64,000 nt of DNA, taken from assembly GCF_009914755.1 (NCBI RefSeq), contig NC_060938.1, one strand, 5' to 3'. The translations under genes were made by a program, and so were the position numbers. The stretch is from the human T2T-CHM13v2.0 reference genome, Homo sapiens. Shown piece by piece: positions 15,906-26,845 of the stretch. Under the pieces are notes generated by a model. It worked only from the letters and a program-made list of their open reading frames with translations, did no database searches and was not told where the DNA came from. Numbering within the stretch: position 1 is the first letter of the stretch; the number at the start of each line of letters is the position of its first letter.

Positions 15906-16189
15906 CTGTCAGGGAGGAGGGAGAGAAGGAGCTGGGTTCTAGCTCCTGCCAGCTAAAGCCTGGCTGGCTTTGTCTCTGGGAGCATGCAAGGACTGGTACC
16001 CTCTGGGAGATCCTGGCAACATTCCTCTCCCCACCTCTCCCCTGCCCTACTTTGTCCCCAAACAGCAGGGATGGAAGACAGGGCCTTTGCTCTGCTCCTT
16101 CTTTCTAGATCCCCAGTTCCAAGGTGAGGGCATCCCCCTCCCTGGGGCCTGGCCCAGCCCTGCAGGGTATCCCCTTTGCTCCCCCTCAC

Positions 16190-16357
16190 CAGAGCTCCTC
16201 GGGGGACACAGAGCACACTGCTGGCTCCAGGCCTCGCCGTCCTGGCAGCAGCATTCCGTGTAGGTGGTGCGGTGCCCACGCAGGGGTTCGCTGCACACAT
16301 CATTGGTGACTTTTTTCCAGCAGATGTCCATGTGGATGTCGTGGTCAGGGAGGTCCT
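16190..16357 (-). CDS. LTBP2: LTBP2 exon 33, C-terminal TB/8-Cys domain
   Basis: [56 protein letters not shown]; 168 nt. Confidence 0.95.
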
Positions 16358-16439
16358 CTGGTGGCACAGGGCACGGAGGCACATGAGCCCCCCAGCCCAG
16401 GTACCCTTCTCCTGCTCCCCCACGCTCAGGCCCACTCAC

Positions 16440-16577
16440 CCGTGCTGCTGGTGCTGTTCATGCAGCGCTGCTGGCTGAGGTCCAGGGTGAGCGGGGGGCT
16501 GCAGAAGCAGTGGAAGGAGCCCTCCGTGTTGACGCACTCGCCATTCTCACAGGCCAGGTCCTGGCACTCATCGTGAT
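16440..16577 (-). CDS. LTBP2: LTBP2 exon 32, cbEGF
   Basis: [46 protein letters not shown]; 138 nt; 82-nt intron to exon 33. Confidence 0.95.
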
Positions 16578-16897
16578 CTGGGGAGGCAGGAAAGGGTGGG
16601 GCATTGCCAAGGTGGCCTTTCCACCAACCACCCTCAGGGAAGGGTGTTTGCCTATCACTGATAATGAAGAGTTAGTGCCCTGCCTCCCTCCCCTCAACCC
16701 AGCCCAGCCTGGAAGGCCCCTCCTGGGGACAATCTCTGACAGCCCACAGCTCCTTCACCTGGGACCAGCCTGCTGCAGTGGGCGGCCTCCCTAGGAAGGG
16801 GGACTCTCAGCAATAATGGGACTGGCTGGCAGGGGCTGGGTGGGCCATTATTCAGCTGTGGGCCTGGGGTGGGGGCAGGGATCATGTGTGTCCTTAC

Positions 16898-17026
16898 CCT
16901 CACACTTCTTGTGGGAAGCATCGTAGTGGAAGCCGGGATTGCACAGGCAGACATAACCAGGCACGGTGTTGAGGCACCGGCCGTTCGGGCAGAGACCAGG
17001 CCCGAATATCACACACTCATCCGCAT
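16898..17026 (-). CDS. LTBP2: LTBP2 exon 31, cbEGF
   Basis: [43 protein letters not shown]; 129 nt. Confidence 0.95.
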
Positions 17027-17749
17027 CTGTGGAAGGCAGAGCTGAGGTGAGAGGAAGGTGAGAGGCAGTATGAGGGGTACCTAGAGCAGGGAATCCAAAG
17101 CCAGGCTGGGTTTGAATCCCAGCTCTGCCACTTACTAGGTGGCTTTGGGCAAGTTGCTTAAGTTCGCCTTGCCTCCGGTTCCTACATACTCTTAGAGTTG
17201 TTGTAAGGATGAAAAGGTGTTAATATGTGTGAGGTGCTCAAAAAAGTGCACGGCGTGTAGCCAGCACCCAAGAAAAGCAATCTCTGTCTCCATCATTTCC
17301 TTCTCAAGACTAGCTTCAGGACTAGGGTGCTGAGGGGCGCAGTACCTGGACCATCCTACTGTGAGTGTGTGTTCCCCAGAGTTTCTGGCCTCATCAGTGC
17401 GGCCAGGGAGATGAGCGCAGCCTCTGGCCTCTAGAGCAGTGCTCTCCACTCTGTCCCTGTGCCCACATGTGGCTGTGGGTGAGAGTTAGTCAAGGCATCA
17501 TAGTTTGTTTCTGGAGGTGCAGCTTGGGAGAGCAGGGAAACTGAGGTGAGGCTCATGTGGACACTCCAAGAGCAGCTTGAGTCAGAACTTCCAGCTAACA
17601 CTCTGCAGGGAGTCAGCCCTGGGACAGAAAAGGTGGAGGCAACCTGCGAGGCCAGGGCTGGATGCAGAACTTCCCCAGGGACCCTGTGGAGGAGCAGGCT
17701 AGGGCCCACTCAGGTGAAGGAGTTTGGGGCAGAGGATGGAGCAGATTAC

Positions 17750-17833
17750 CTGTGTACATGGTCTGTCCAAACGTCCAGGCTCCTTCCACAGGAATGTAGC
17801 CTTTTCCACTAGGGCAGATCTCGCTGAATTCAG
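17750..17833 (-). CDS. LTBP2: LTBP2 exon 30, C-terminal half of TB domain
   Basis: [28 protein letters not shown]; tag| ... |gtaat; 84 nt. Confidence 0.93.
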
Positions 17834-17943
17834 CTATGTAGAGAGGCGTTTCAGCTCAGAGTGGGGAGGGCCCTGCCCCCTTCCTCTCTCCCCTTCTTTC
17901 AGTGTCACCTTGCAGAGCTGATCTGGAACCCTTGGGGTCTTAC

Positions 17944-18135
17944 CTGAGTCCTCAGACGGGCAGAGGTCACAGGCATCTCCCCAGCTAGCGCCCTGGGTGC
18001 AGCAGCATTCAGCCTGTGTGGTGTTCCGGCCCAGGACACTGGAGCAGGGCGCATGGCCCTTCTGCCCGGAGTAGCAGTCCATGCGGGTGGGGGCCGGGGC
18101 ATGGTCCCCCGTTGGGGCCTCAGACATACTCTGAC
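17944..18135 (-). CDS. LTBP2: LTBP2 exon 29, TB/8-Cys domain
   Basis: [64 protein letters not shown]; 192 nt. Confidence 0.95.
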
Positions 18136-19008
18136 CTGTGCGTGACAGATGCTCATTACTGTCTGTTCATGACCCTCTAAGGGGGGTCAATAGTCCTTGA
18201 CTTTATTTCTTAAATTTAACATTTGTGTAGCACTTTACAGTGGAAAAAATTCTGTTACCTGTATTACCTCACTGAGGCTCTCCACAACCCTAAGAAGTGG
18301 CCTAATCATCATCTCAAGAAATTGAGGCTTAGAGAGGCTTGGGGCCTCGCCACTGCTGTGCGATTAAGCTATTAAGCAGTGCAGCAGGGATCTGACCCCA
18401 GTTCCTCCTCCCCTGCGCTTTGCGGTATACCATGCTGCCTGCCTCCCTGGGACGGGCTGCCCCCAGTGCCTGGCATGCCATATGGGCAGCCCTCTGGTCC
18501 ATTCTGCTTCACATGTACCCCAGCCCCTCCCACCCTTCCTCGTCTCCCTCACTTTCCCCCAAGGCAGTGAAGACCAGCTGAGTCCTAGTCCAGCCTGGCG
18601 TGAGAGGCTGAACCCAGGAGCTCTCGGGTGGAGTGGGAAGTGGGAAAGGGAGAGCCCGGTTTAGTTCAGCTCCAAGTCCTCTCTCATCCAGAAGGTTCCC
18701 AGGGATTAGATGGATTCAGGGTCCCTCCAAGGCTCAATCTGCGGTCCCTGGGGCCACCCTAAGTCAGCATCAGGGTTTCCTGAGCCTCCTCTAGGATCGT
18801 CGCCACCCTGTAGCTCCTGGTTTTGCTGCGCGCGGCCCTCAGCCTCCTCACCCCTCCATGCACCAGGCCCCGCCTGCACCTCCCTATGCTGCCCCAGGCC
18901 CTGGCCCAGTGTCCCCCTCAGCGGCTAGAGGCTAGTAGAGGGATGCAGAGGGACACGCTCTCTGTAAACCTCTGAGTCACCATGGATAATGTGTCTCCCA
19001 GGCCTCAC

Positions 19009-19152
19009 CTCCAGCCCCCCGTGGGCGGCAGTGCCCCTCCTGGGCATCGTACTCCTCCAGGTCACTGGCACAGAGGCACAGGAAGGAGCCCTCCACGTTC
19101 TCACAGAGCGCGGCCCCACATACCGCCAGCATAAGCTCACACTCGTTCACAT
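19009..19152 (-). CDS. LTBP2: LTBP2 exon 28, cbEGF
   Basis: [48 protein letters not shown]; 144 nt. Confidence 0.95.
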
Positions 19153-19658
19153 CTGCCAGGTGTGAGAACAGGCTCGTGGGCAGAAAAGAGGCAGCCCGTG
19201 CCCCCTGCCCCTGACTACAGCCCACTGCCCCCAAAAGAAGCAGGCTAGGCCTTGGGGAAGAAACAAGAGTAAGTATAGATTTGTAGGGAGGAGGAACCAA
19301 TGGACAGAGGGCATGGGAAAGAAGAAAAAAGGAGAGGAGTGGCAGCAAACGGTCACAGAAGTGCACAAAGAGGAAGGGTTACCCCTCAGTGCACATTCTC
19401 CAAACCTCCTGCCTCCTGAGGCTCTGAGGCTTGAGGACACCTGCTGCCCTGCTGGCAGAGCGCGGCTGTGCTTCCCCTTACCCGCCCGGCCCATGTGCCC
19501 CTGGGCGAGGAGTTGAAGTCTCCCTCTTCTTTGAAGCCTCCCTTGCCCATGCTCTGGGGACCCGTGATGGAGCCACGTGACCAGGACCAGTTGAGGAGGA
19601 GGACCCCAGGGCCTTCCCTTCCCTGGCCCAGACCTTGGGTAGCCCACAGGCTCCTCAC

Positions 19659-19784
19659 CCACACAGTCCCAGCCTGAGGGAGAGATCTCGAAGCCCTGGT
19701 CACAGAGGCAGCGGAAGGAGCCATCAGTGTTGTCACAGAAGCCGTGGCTGCCACACATGGTGTCGTTGGCGCACTCGTCTATGT
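19659..19784 (-). CDS. LTBP2: LTBP2 exon 27, cbEGF
   Basis: [42 protein letters not shown]; 126 nt. Confidence 0.95.
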
Positions 19785-19814
19785 CTGTGGGACAGTGGGA
19801 ACCAGGATAGAGGA

Positions 19815-19854
<40 letters not shown>
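19815..19854. repeat. (TG)13(CG)4(TG)3 alternating purine-pyrimidine tract
   Basis: Directly visible, 40 nt. Confidence 0.95.
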
Positions 19855-20137
19855 CTCACTCTCTCACACGCATGCACACTCTCTCGTTCTCTGCTGAGAA
19901 TACTTATTTGGCTTATTAGCACCAAGACCTGTGAAAAGCAGCCTCTCAACCCAGGATAAGAAAATCCTAACATTCACAGTCCTGTGGCATCTTTCGTAAG
20001 CTCTGCTGGATGGAAAATATACAAGCTACAATCAGCTGCAAAAAATCGTGTCCTCAGGAGAAAATCATGTCTCGCTCAATATGTGAAAAATAGGTTTTCT
20101 CAGCCCTCTCTCCTCTCTCTCCTCCCTCCCTACTCAC

Positions 20138-20269
20138 CAATGCAGTCTCCGTTCGGGGCCATGTGGAAGCCAGGCTGGCAGCCCAGAACACAGCGGTAGG
20201 AGCCAGGGCTGTTTTCACACTTCCAGGTGCCACACACCGGGTCTCCATAGTCCTCACACTCGTCAATAT
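20138..20269 (-). CDS. LTBP2: LTBP2 exon 26, cbEGF
   Basis: [44 protein letters not shown]; 132 nt. Confidence 0.95.
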
Positions 20270-20931
20270 CTGTCCCCAGAGCCATGCCATGAGAGAGGAC
20301 AGAGGTGGCCAGGTCACTGCTGTGGTCCCACAGGGTCATGCCCCACAACCTCTGGGGTTCTTGATCTATTCCAAATTACTGTGCTCATCCCAACCCCAGC
20401 ACATCAAGGTCAGGACGATTTCCCCTGACCCTGCAGGGCTGAGCCTCTGGGAAGAGAACCGTATGCTATTTAGGAAGCAGTGAGCTCCTGCCCTTCTGTG
20501 ACACTCCTTTTCCTCCACTGCCCCCATCTGTCTCCTATCCCTACCAGCAGAGCACTGTACTTCTCTTTACACGAAGCCTTCAGCATAGTGTATTACAGAG
20601 AGTTGTCTTCATATCTGTCTCCCTTGCTTTCAAGATCATCCATAACTGTCTATTTGTCCTAGCAAAAGACATTGAGCATAGCAGGTGTTTAATGTCTATT
20701 GAATCAATTTGGCCTTTAAAACTAGATTGTGTGCTCTGCCAGCACGAAGATGATGATTGTCTTCATTTTGTCATCCTTGGACAGCCCCTGAGCCCTGAGT
20801 CTCAATACATACACTATTTGTTGGACACTTCATCTGTGGAAAGTGCTCTGCTCCATGGGAGCTAAGGACCAGGCAGTGTAGAGATGGGCAGATGTGGGCA
20901 GAGCCCTGTGCCCTCCCCCCAGAGCCCTTAC

Positions 20932-21054
20932 CCACACACTCTCCACTCTCTGGGGAGGGCTGGAAGCCAGTCTCACATAGACAGTTGAAGGAGCCCTCGG
21001 TGTTGACACAGTGCCCTCCCACACACGGGTCTGTGGTGGCACACTCGTCCACAT
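20932..21054 (-). CDS. LTBP2: LTBP2 exon 25, cbEGF
   Basis: [41 protein letters not shown]; 123 nt. Confidence 0.95.
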
Positions 21055-21481
21055 CTAGAGTAGAGATGGCTGTCAGCAGACCCAGCCACGGGTCCCTTCC
21101 CTGTTAGGGTCCTGTGTAGCTTCCTCTGGGCCCTGAGTAGCCCATAGGAGAGTCAGGGAGTGGCTTATGTAGGAAAAGGCTCGAAGCCAGAGGCCAGGCT
21201 GTGGGAGGTGGGCACCGGGGTGGGGGTGAGGGGTGAGGTGGGGTCCCTGGGACTGGAGCTCTGTAAAGGGGAGAAGTGACACTCGGAGTTTGGAGTGGGT
21301 GCATGCCTGCTGTCAACGTCGTGAAGAGGCCCTGGTGAGAGACTGAGTCCCTCCCTCCCTGAGCCCCGGGCTCCCTCACATCACTCCTCGCTCCCATCTT
21401 CTCCTCCCTGGGCAGGGCCGTGAGCACTTGCTCTCAGTACTGGTATTAAAAGGGACACCACTCTAGTCTTAGCCTGTAGCG

Positions 21482-21557
21482 CCCATGCTCCTGACCAGTA
21501 GAGGTAGCTGTGCTGGCTTCCCATGCTCCTGGCCAGTAGAGGTAGCTGTGCTGGCTT
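21482..21557. repeat. 38-bp tandem duplication (2 copies, 1 mismatch)
   Basis: cccatgctcctg(a/g)ccagtagaggtagctgtgctggctt x2. Confidence 0.95.
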
Positions 21558-21562
21558 CTCAC

Positions 21563-21688
21563 CCTGGCAGCTGGTGCCCCCCTCTGCGCTGACGAAGCCA
21601 GGCGCGCACAGACAGAAGAAAGACCCGTGGCTGTTGAGGCACTCGCCGTGGGGTGCGCAGTGCTCCTCCCCCATGCACTCATTCACAT
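21563..21688 (-). CDS. LTBP2: LTBP2 exon 24, cbEGF
   Basis: [42 protein letters not shown]; 126 nt. Confidence 0.95.
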
Positions 21689-21788
21689 CTGCAGGGAAAA
21701 GATGGGGAGTGGGTGTCTGCTGGGGATGTGCCTGCCTCCCCACACACTCATGCCCCCCACCCCCAGTAGGGTGACCTGGGTCACTCAC

Positions 21789-21911
21789 CCTCACACACGG
21801 TGCCATTGGCCAGCTGGAAGCCCTGGGGACAGAGGCACTGGTAGGAGCCCACAGTGTTCTTGCACTCGCCTCCCAGGCAGCTGCTCTGGGGGTCTTCACA
21901 TTCATCCACAT
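21789..21911 (-). CDS. LTBP2: LTBP2 exon 23, cbEGF
   Basis: [41 protein letters not shown]; 123 nt. Confidence 0.95.
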
Positions 21912-22196
21912 CTGCAGGGCCACACAGGGGAGGAAGACAGCCGATGGCAGCACCTCCCAAGGACAGGAGTCAAGGGGGAAGTCTCCAGAGGACCTGTCAC
22001 CTGCCTGCAGAGCTGGACCCACGGGGGATCATCCCCTCATGAGGCAGCACAGCTGGGACAAGCTTGTGAGCGACTCTTGGGGAGCGGGATGATGGCAGCT
22101 CCTCCAGCCTCAGCAGCCCCCCACCTGCTGGGCTTCACCATGGCCCTGACAGAGGGGGCATCCCATTTGTATCCTCTCCCACACAGAGGCTCATAC

Positions 22197-22322
22197 CTTC
22201 ACAGGAGTCACCCAGGGGGCTGGGCCGGTAGCCCCCATCGCAGTCCTTGCAGGAGAAGGAGCCAGCCGTGTTGGTGCAGACTCCGGAGGGGCAGACTCCC
22301 GGGAAGGCACACTCATCTAGGT
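22197..22322 (-). CDS. LTBP2: LTBP2 exon 22, cbEGF
   Basis: [42 protein letters not shown]; 126 nt. Confidence 0.95.
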
Positions 22323-22692
22323 CTGCAGACAGACAGCGCTCGCCCGGGGACCTAGGAGGGCTCCCACTCCCCAGGCAATGCAGGAACCTCACCGTGGCTT
22401 CCCTCTCTGAGCCCCTGGGGCTTTCCTAAAACCCCCTCCCTAGAACGCTCCCAGGACAGCCCTGCCCTCAGCTTCCCTCTTCTCTGGGACTGGCTTTTCC
22501 TCCTGTCCTCACTCTGAACTTGGGGATTATGACAATAGAAGCTCTTGTTGGGGCCAGGTCCATTTATGGGGTCTTCTAGCCTAGCCTGGAGCCCCTCGGC
22601 ATCAGCCCCAAACTGGGGACAAATTGAGTGTTCTTTGGGAGGTAAGACAGCCTATATTCTGTCCCCTTCCACCACTGCCTCCCCAGGGTTAC

Positions 22693-22818
22693 CTTCACAG
22701 GCAGTGCCGTCTTCATTCACCCAGTACCCGTTCTCACAGGCAGAGCAGGCGAAGGAGCCCTCCGTGTTGAGGCAGAGGCCTGTGGGGCATGAGGCCCGGC
22801 TGGCACACTCATCCACAT
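22693..22818 (-). CDS. LTBP2: LTBP2 exon 21, cbEGF
   Basis: [42 protein letters not shown]; 126 nt. Confidence 0.95.
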
Positions 22819-23049
22819 CTGAAATAGGGCATTGCATTCTGTGTGGGACTCTGCAGGACAGACAGGCCAGGACACTGGCAGGTAGGCAGGGGTGGGGGAA
22901 GGACAGGTCTGGGCAGGGATGTGTTGGGTCAGTGTGAATAGGGATGCAAGGCCAGGGGTGGATTCAGGGGGCCAAGGGTGGTGTGCAGAGGGGAGGGAGC
23001 CACAAGCTGGATCGGCCTGCGGAGAAGGGGCGCTTCAGCATCTCTGTAC

Positions 23050-23172
23050 CTTGGCAGCCCTTCTCATCTGAGGTGACCTCATAGCCCTGCTCACAAGAGC
23101 ATCTGAAGGAGCCTTCTAGGTTGGTGCACTTTCCATGGGCACAGACCCCGGGAGTCAGACACTCATTCACAT
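23050..23172 (-). CDS. LTBP2: LTBP2 exon 20, cbEGF
   Basis: [41 protein letters not shown]; 123 nt. Confidence 0.95.
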
Positions 23173-24203
23173 CTGTGGGAGAGAAGTCCAAGACGGTGGG
23201 CTGGCCTCCTCCCCATCCTGCAGCCCCCGCTGGCAGGCTCCGAGCATCTCAGTTATGAGGCCAGGGAACCAGCCTTCAGAGGGGCCGCAGGCCACCTGGG
23301 GAGGCCATGAGGCCATGCTCCCTCCTCCCACCTAGGCAGGGCAGGGCGTCCCATCCCCCGGGCTCACTTCAGCCCTATCTAGTAACTCAGAGCACTCTGC
23401 ATGTATCCACGCAGGGGGCCAGGTCTCCCCGCCCTGGGGCTGGTTTGGCTCATCTGAGGATACTTGAAATGAGGTGTCCAAGACCCTTGACTTCCCTCAT
23501 TGTGTGTGCCAGGAACCCTACATGACCTCCTACCGGCCAACCAAACAACCCACGATCCCAACCCAACAAGCAGCTTCTGCGGGTGGGCGGGCAGCGTGGA
23601 GAGAGGCCAGTCATGCCGAGGTGGCTGAGTGGCAGCCTTGAGGGCCTGGGAAACGTCTGCCCTCTCCAGAGCCTCAAAGCGTCTATTCAACACTCAGTCC
23701 CTCCCAGCATTCTGAACCCTGAGCCTTTCTTCCTGAGGGGGCTGCAGGAAAAGAGCACACGCCTCCTACTGCAGACCTGCTGCCCTTCTGAGGGAGGAGC
23801 GCCCCGCTGTGCGGTGGGCGTGCAGTTTAGACGCTGCTTTTGAGATGCAGAAGAGCAGGAGACCCTTCCTCCCTGGGAACTGCAGAAGGGCCTGGCCCCA
23901 TCCTAAGACCCTTAGGCTCCTCGCTCCACCACAGGATCCAGCTACAGAAGCTGCTGGGACTTTGGGCAGTCACTCCAGAATGAATATGGCCAAAGAGGAG
24001 AAAAGGGCCCCACCCTAGCTGATTCAGAGGGCAGAGCCCTGGCGACTCATGCCCAGCGTCATCTGGGAACCCAGCTAGATCATGGAGGACAACAGCCTCC
24101 AAGCCACCTCCCTCTGCCCACCTCTTTCCCTTTCCGTGTGTGGGCTCAACCAGAGGTCCCAAGGCCGAATGGCTGGCTCAGTGCCTTGGCCAGCAGCCCT
24201 CAC

Positions 24204-24323
24204 CTACACAGCTCCCACTCTGGCCCCGGTAGCCCTCCTCACAGGCCAGACAAGTGTAGGAGCCAGGGGAATTGACGCATCTCCCATCAGGGCAGGTACC
24301 GGGGTGACGGCATTCGTTGATAT
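24204..24323 (-). CDS. LTBP2: LTBP2 exon 19, cbEGF
   Basis: [40 protein letters not shown]; 120 nt. Confidence 0.95.
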   Translation of the reverse strand: MSTNAVTPVPALMGDASIPLAPTLVWPVRRATGARVGAV

Positions 24324-26169
24324 CTGCAAAACAGCAGCCCCTCCCTTGGTCATCCCTGGGAACATAGCAAATGGGTAGGTCTGTGACACAGCAAATCCTT
24401 GTCCCTGCCTTTGGTTGGGGAGAGGGATGGACAGAGGGAAACTAGGAAAGAATGAGAGCTGCCCTGTGTTCCCAACTCCACCTCTCACCCACCGTCTGGG
24501 ACAAAAGAGGGAGATGGAAGAACTTAAAAATTAGAAAGGGAGACTCCCTGGGTGGGTGCAGTAGGCTATGGTTACCACCAGCTGTGGGAGGATCAGAGGC
24601 TCCACTTTGTGAGCTGGGCTGTTGGGGATGGGCTTTCATCTCTCCCCTGGCGAATTCCTAATCCTTTATAAGCAGTGACCATTACTGGGATGTGCTTGGC
24701 ACAGCAGCTAACTGGATTGCCAGAGGCTCCACAATAGATCATCGGAGGGGCAGTGAAGGCAACTTGGGCTTCCTTGCACCAGGAAATGAGGACCATGGAG
24801 GAACCCCCAATCTTGGATATGGCCAAGACCAGCTCTGAGGCTGAGTGCAGACTGTAGGGTAGAGCTGGCAAAGCTTCTCTGCTGGAGAGCTGTCAGACAT
24901 TTCTTCCAGCCAAGAATCATGTAGGGATCCTGGCACCCACTCTGGTGAGATCCAGGAAAGTCAGCCAGAAGGGTTAAGCCTGGACACCAAATGGACACCC
25001 AGGGGACGAGAGGACCCAGGAAGGGAGAGTGGCAACAGGAAGAGGAGGGAGCTAGTTCTCCCCGGAGCCGAGGAGAGGGCTCTTCCCCCACGTAACCTGG
25101 CATATCATGGGCTTCATCATTAAGGCACCCAGGGGACCTGGACTGAGTGAGGGAGGTCCTGTCACAGGGACTGAACTCTGAGTCAGCACTGCAGGAGGAC
25201 ATTATGCCCCTCTGGCCCGGTATCAAGGCTCTGGCCCACTCTTCACAACAGGTCCATTGGCCAAGGAAAGAGGAGGGGTTCTTCTTCCTAAATGGGTAAT
25301 TGTCATTCTCCTAGAGGAAGTCCACCAGCTTATGCATATTTAGAGGCCCTACTGCCCGAGAGGAGGACCTACTCAGCACCTATGGAGGAAGTGTGGGAGG
25401 CAGGCCTAGGGTCTGAACATAGGCTTTCTGCAGAGGGACTAAAGCCAGCAGCTGTCACTGCTGCTGGACATGGAGAGGAGAGGACATGGACCTTAAAGTG
25501 GAGGGTGAAAGTGAGTCCTCTCTGAGGTTGTTTGGCTTCCAGAAGTCAGGACACATCGAAGCCCTCTGTCCCAGAGGACTGGGACCCTCTCAAGCCTAAA
25601 GCTTCTGCCTGAGGGTCCAGAAGACGGGGACATCGCCACAGGGCAGGTGGTTTTCAGGTGGGTCTCTGCAAGGAGAGTCCCACAACTCCCATATAATCTT
25701 GGGGACACTGAGATAAGGCGCATCTCTGGCAAGAGGGTAGCCCCAGCCCCTACTTGAGTTGTGGTGACACCAGCCTTAACTATTCTAAGGGCTTCTGTAA
25801 AGACAGAGATGGATAAAATGAAGGATCTAAGATGACTAACTTTGGCCACCCAAGAGACAGAGGCCAGTGCCATGACCTGTTGGCCTTGGCCAAGGTACTT
25901 GAAGGAGGATGGGCAAAGCCACTGAGAATGAGCAGCAATCCCTGTTTCAGGGATGCCAGATGATCTCTTCCAGGATGAAGAGAACGAGATTGAGGCAAAG
26001 CTCCTCCTAAATCCATGCCAGGAAAAATGAAGTCTTTGGACCTTTCCTGCAGGGATCAGGCAACGTGGGAAGGAGATAAGGTTTGCCAGGAGCAAAGGGC
26101 CCTGAAGTCTGTCCTGCCCCAAACATGCTGGGCACATCTCTTGGAGGTGGTGTGTGTAGTGTCTTAATG

Positions 26170-26845
26170 CTGGGCATTTAGGATGCATGTGGCATTCCAG
26201 CTCTCCACTTTCTGCACCATGGTAATCTGGTGCTTCCTAGTCTCTTGTGGTTGGGTGGAGCCATGAGACTAGTGAGGGCCAACGAACTGTGAGTGCGTAT
26301 GATACGGATAATTTATGGACCAAACCATTTAATTTGTGCAACCCTCCAGAGTGCTCTTTTATTCTTCCACAGAGACTGGCTATTCCTTTAGCCTACATCT
26401 CCAATGAGGAAACATGGGGCAGAGCCCCCAGCTGACCCTTGATGGACATGTGGCACTGATGAGATAGAAACTTGGCTGCTGCTGGGCATGGTGACTCGCG
26501 CCTGTAATCCCAGCACTTTGGGAGGCCAAGATAGGCGGATCATCTGAGGTCAGGAGTTCAAGACTAGCCTAGCCAAAATGGTGAAACCCCATCTCTACTA
26601 AAAATACAAAAATTAGCCGGGTGTGGTGGTGGGCACCTGTAGTCCCAGCCACTCGGGAGGCTGAGGCAGGAGAATCGCTTGAACCCGGTGGGGGAGGAGG
26701 TTGCAGTGAGCCAAGATCACACCACTGCACTCCAGCCTGGGTGACAGAGCGAGACTCTGTCTCAAACAAACAAACAAACAAACTTGTCTGCTATGTCAAT
26801 AAGATAGGGGTTGTTTGTTAACGCAGCATAACCTTGTCTATCTTG
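26170..26845 (+). mobile_element. MLT1-type (MaLR) LTR remnant interrupted by an Alu (26481-26779)
   Basis: MLT1-like 3' end gggttgtttgttaacgcagcataacc; Alu TSD aaacttg(g/t)ctgct at 26468-26480 and 26780-26792. Confidence 0.6.

Noticed and set aside
19009-24323. Regularly spaced similar segments (cactcattcacatctg / cactcgtc..atc) that look like a repeat-spacer array
   Set aside because: These are paralogous cbEGF exon starts (ag|AT GTG AAT GAG TG) separated by introns, not a CRISPR or other array
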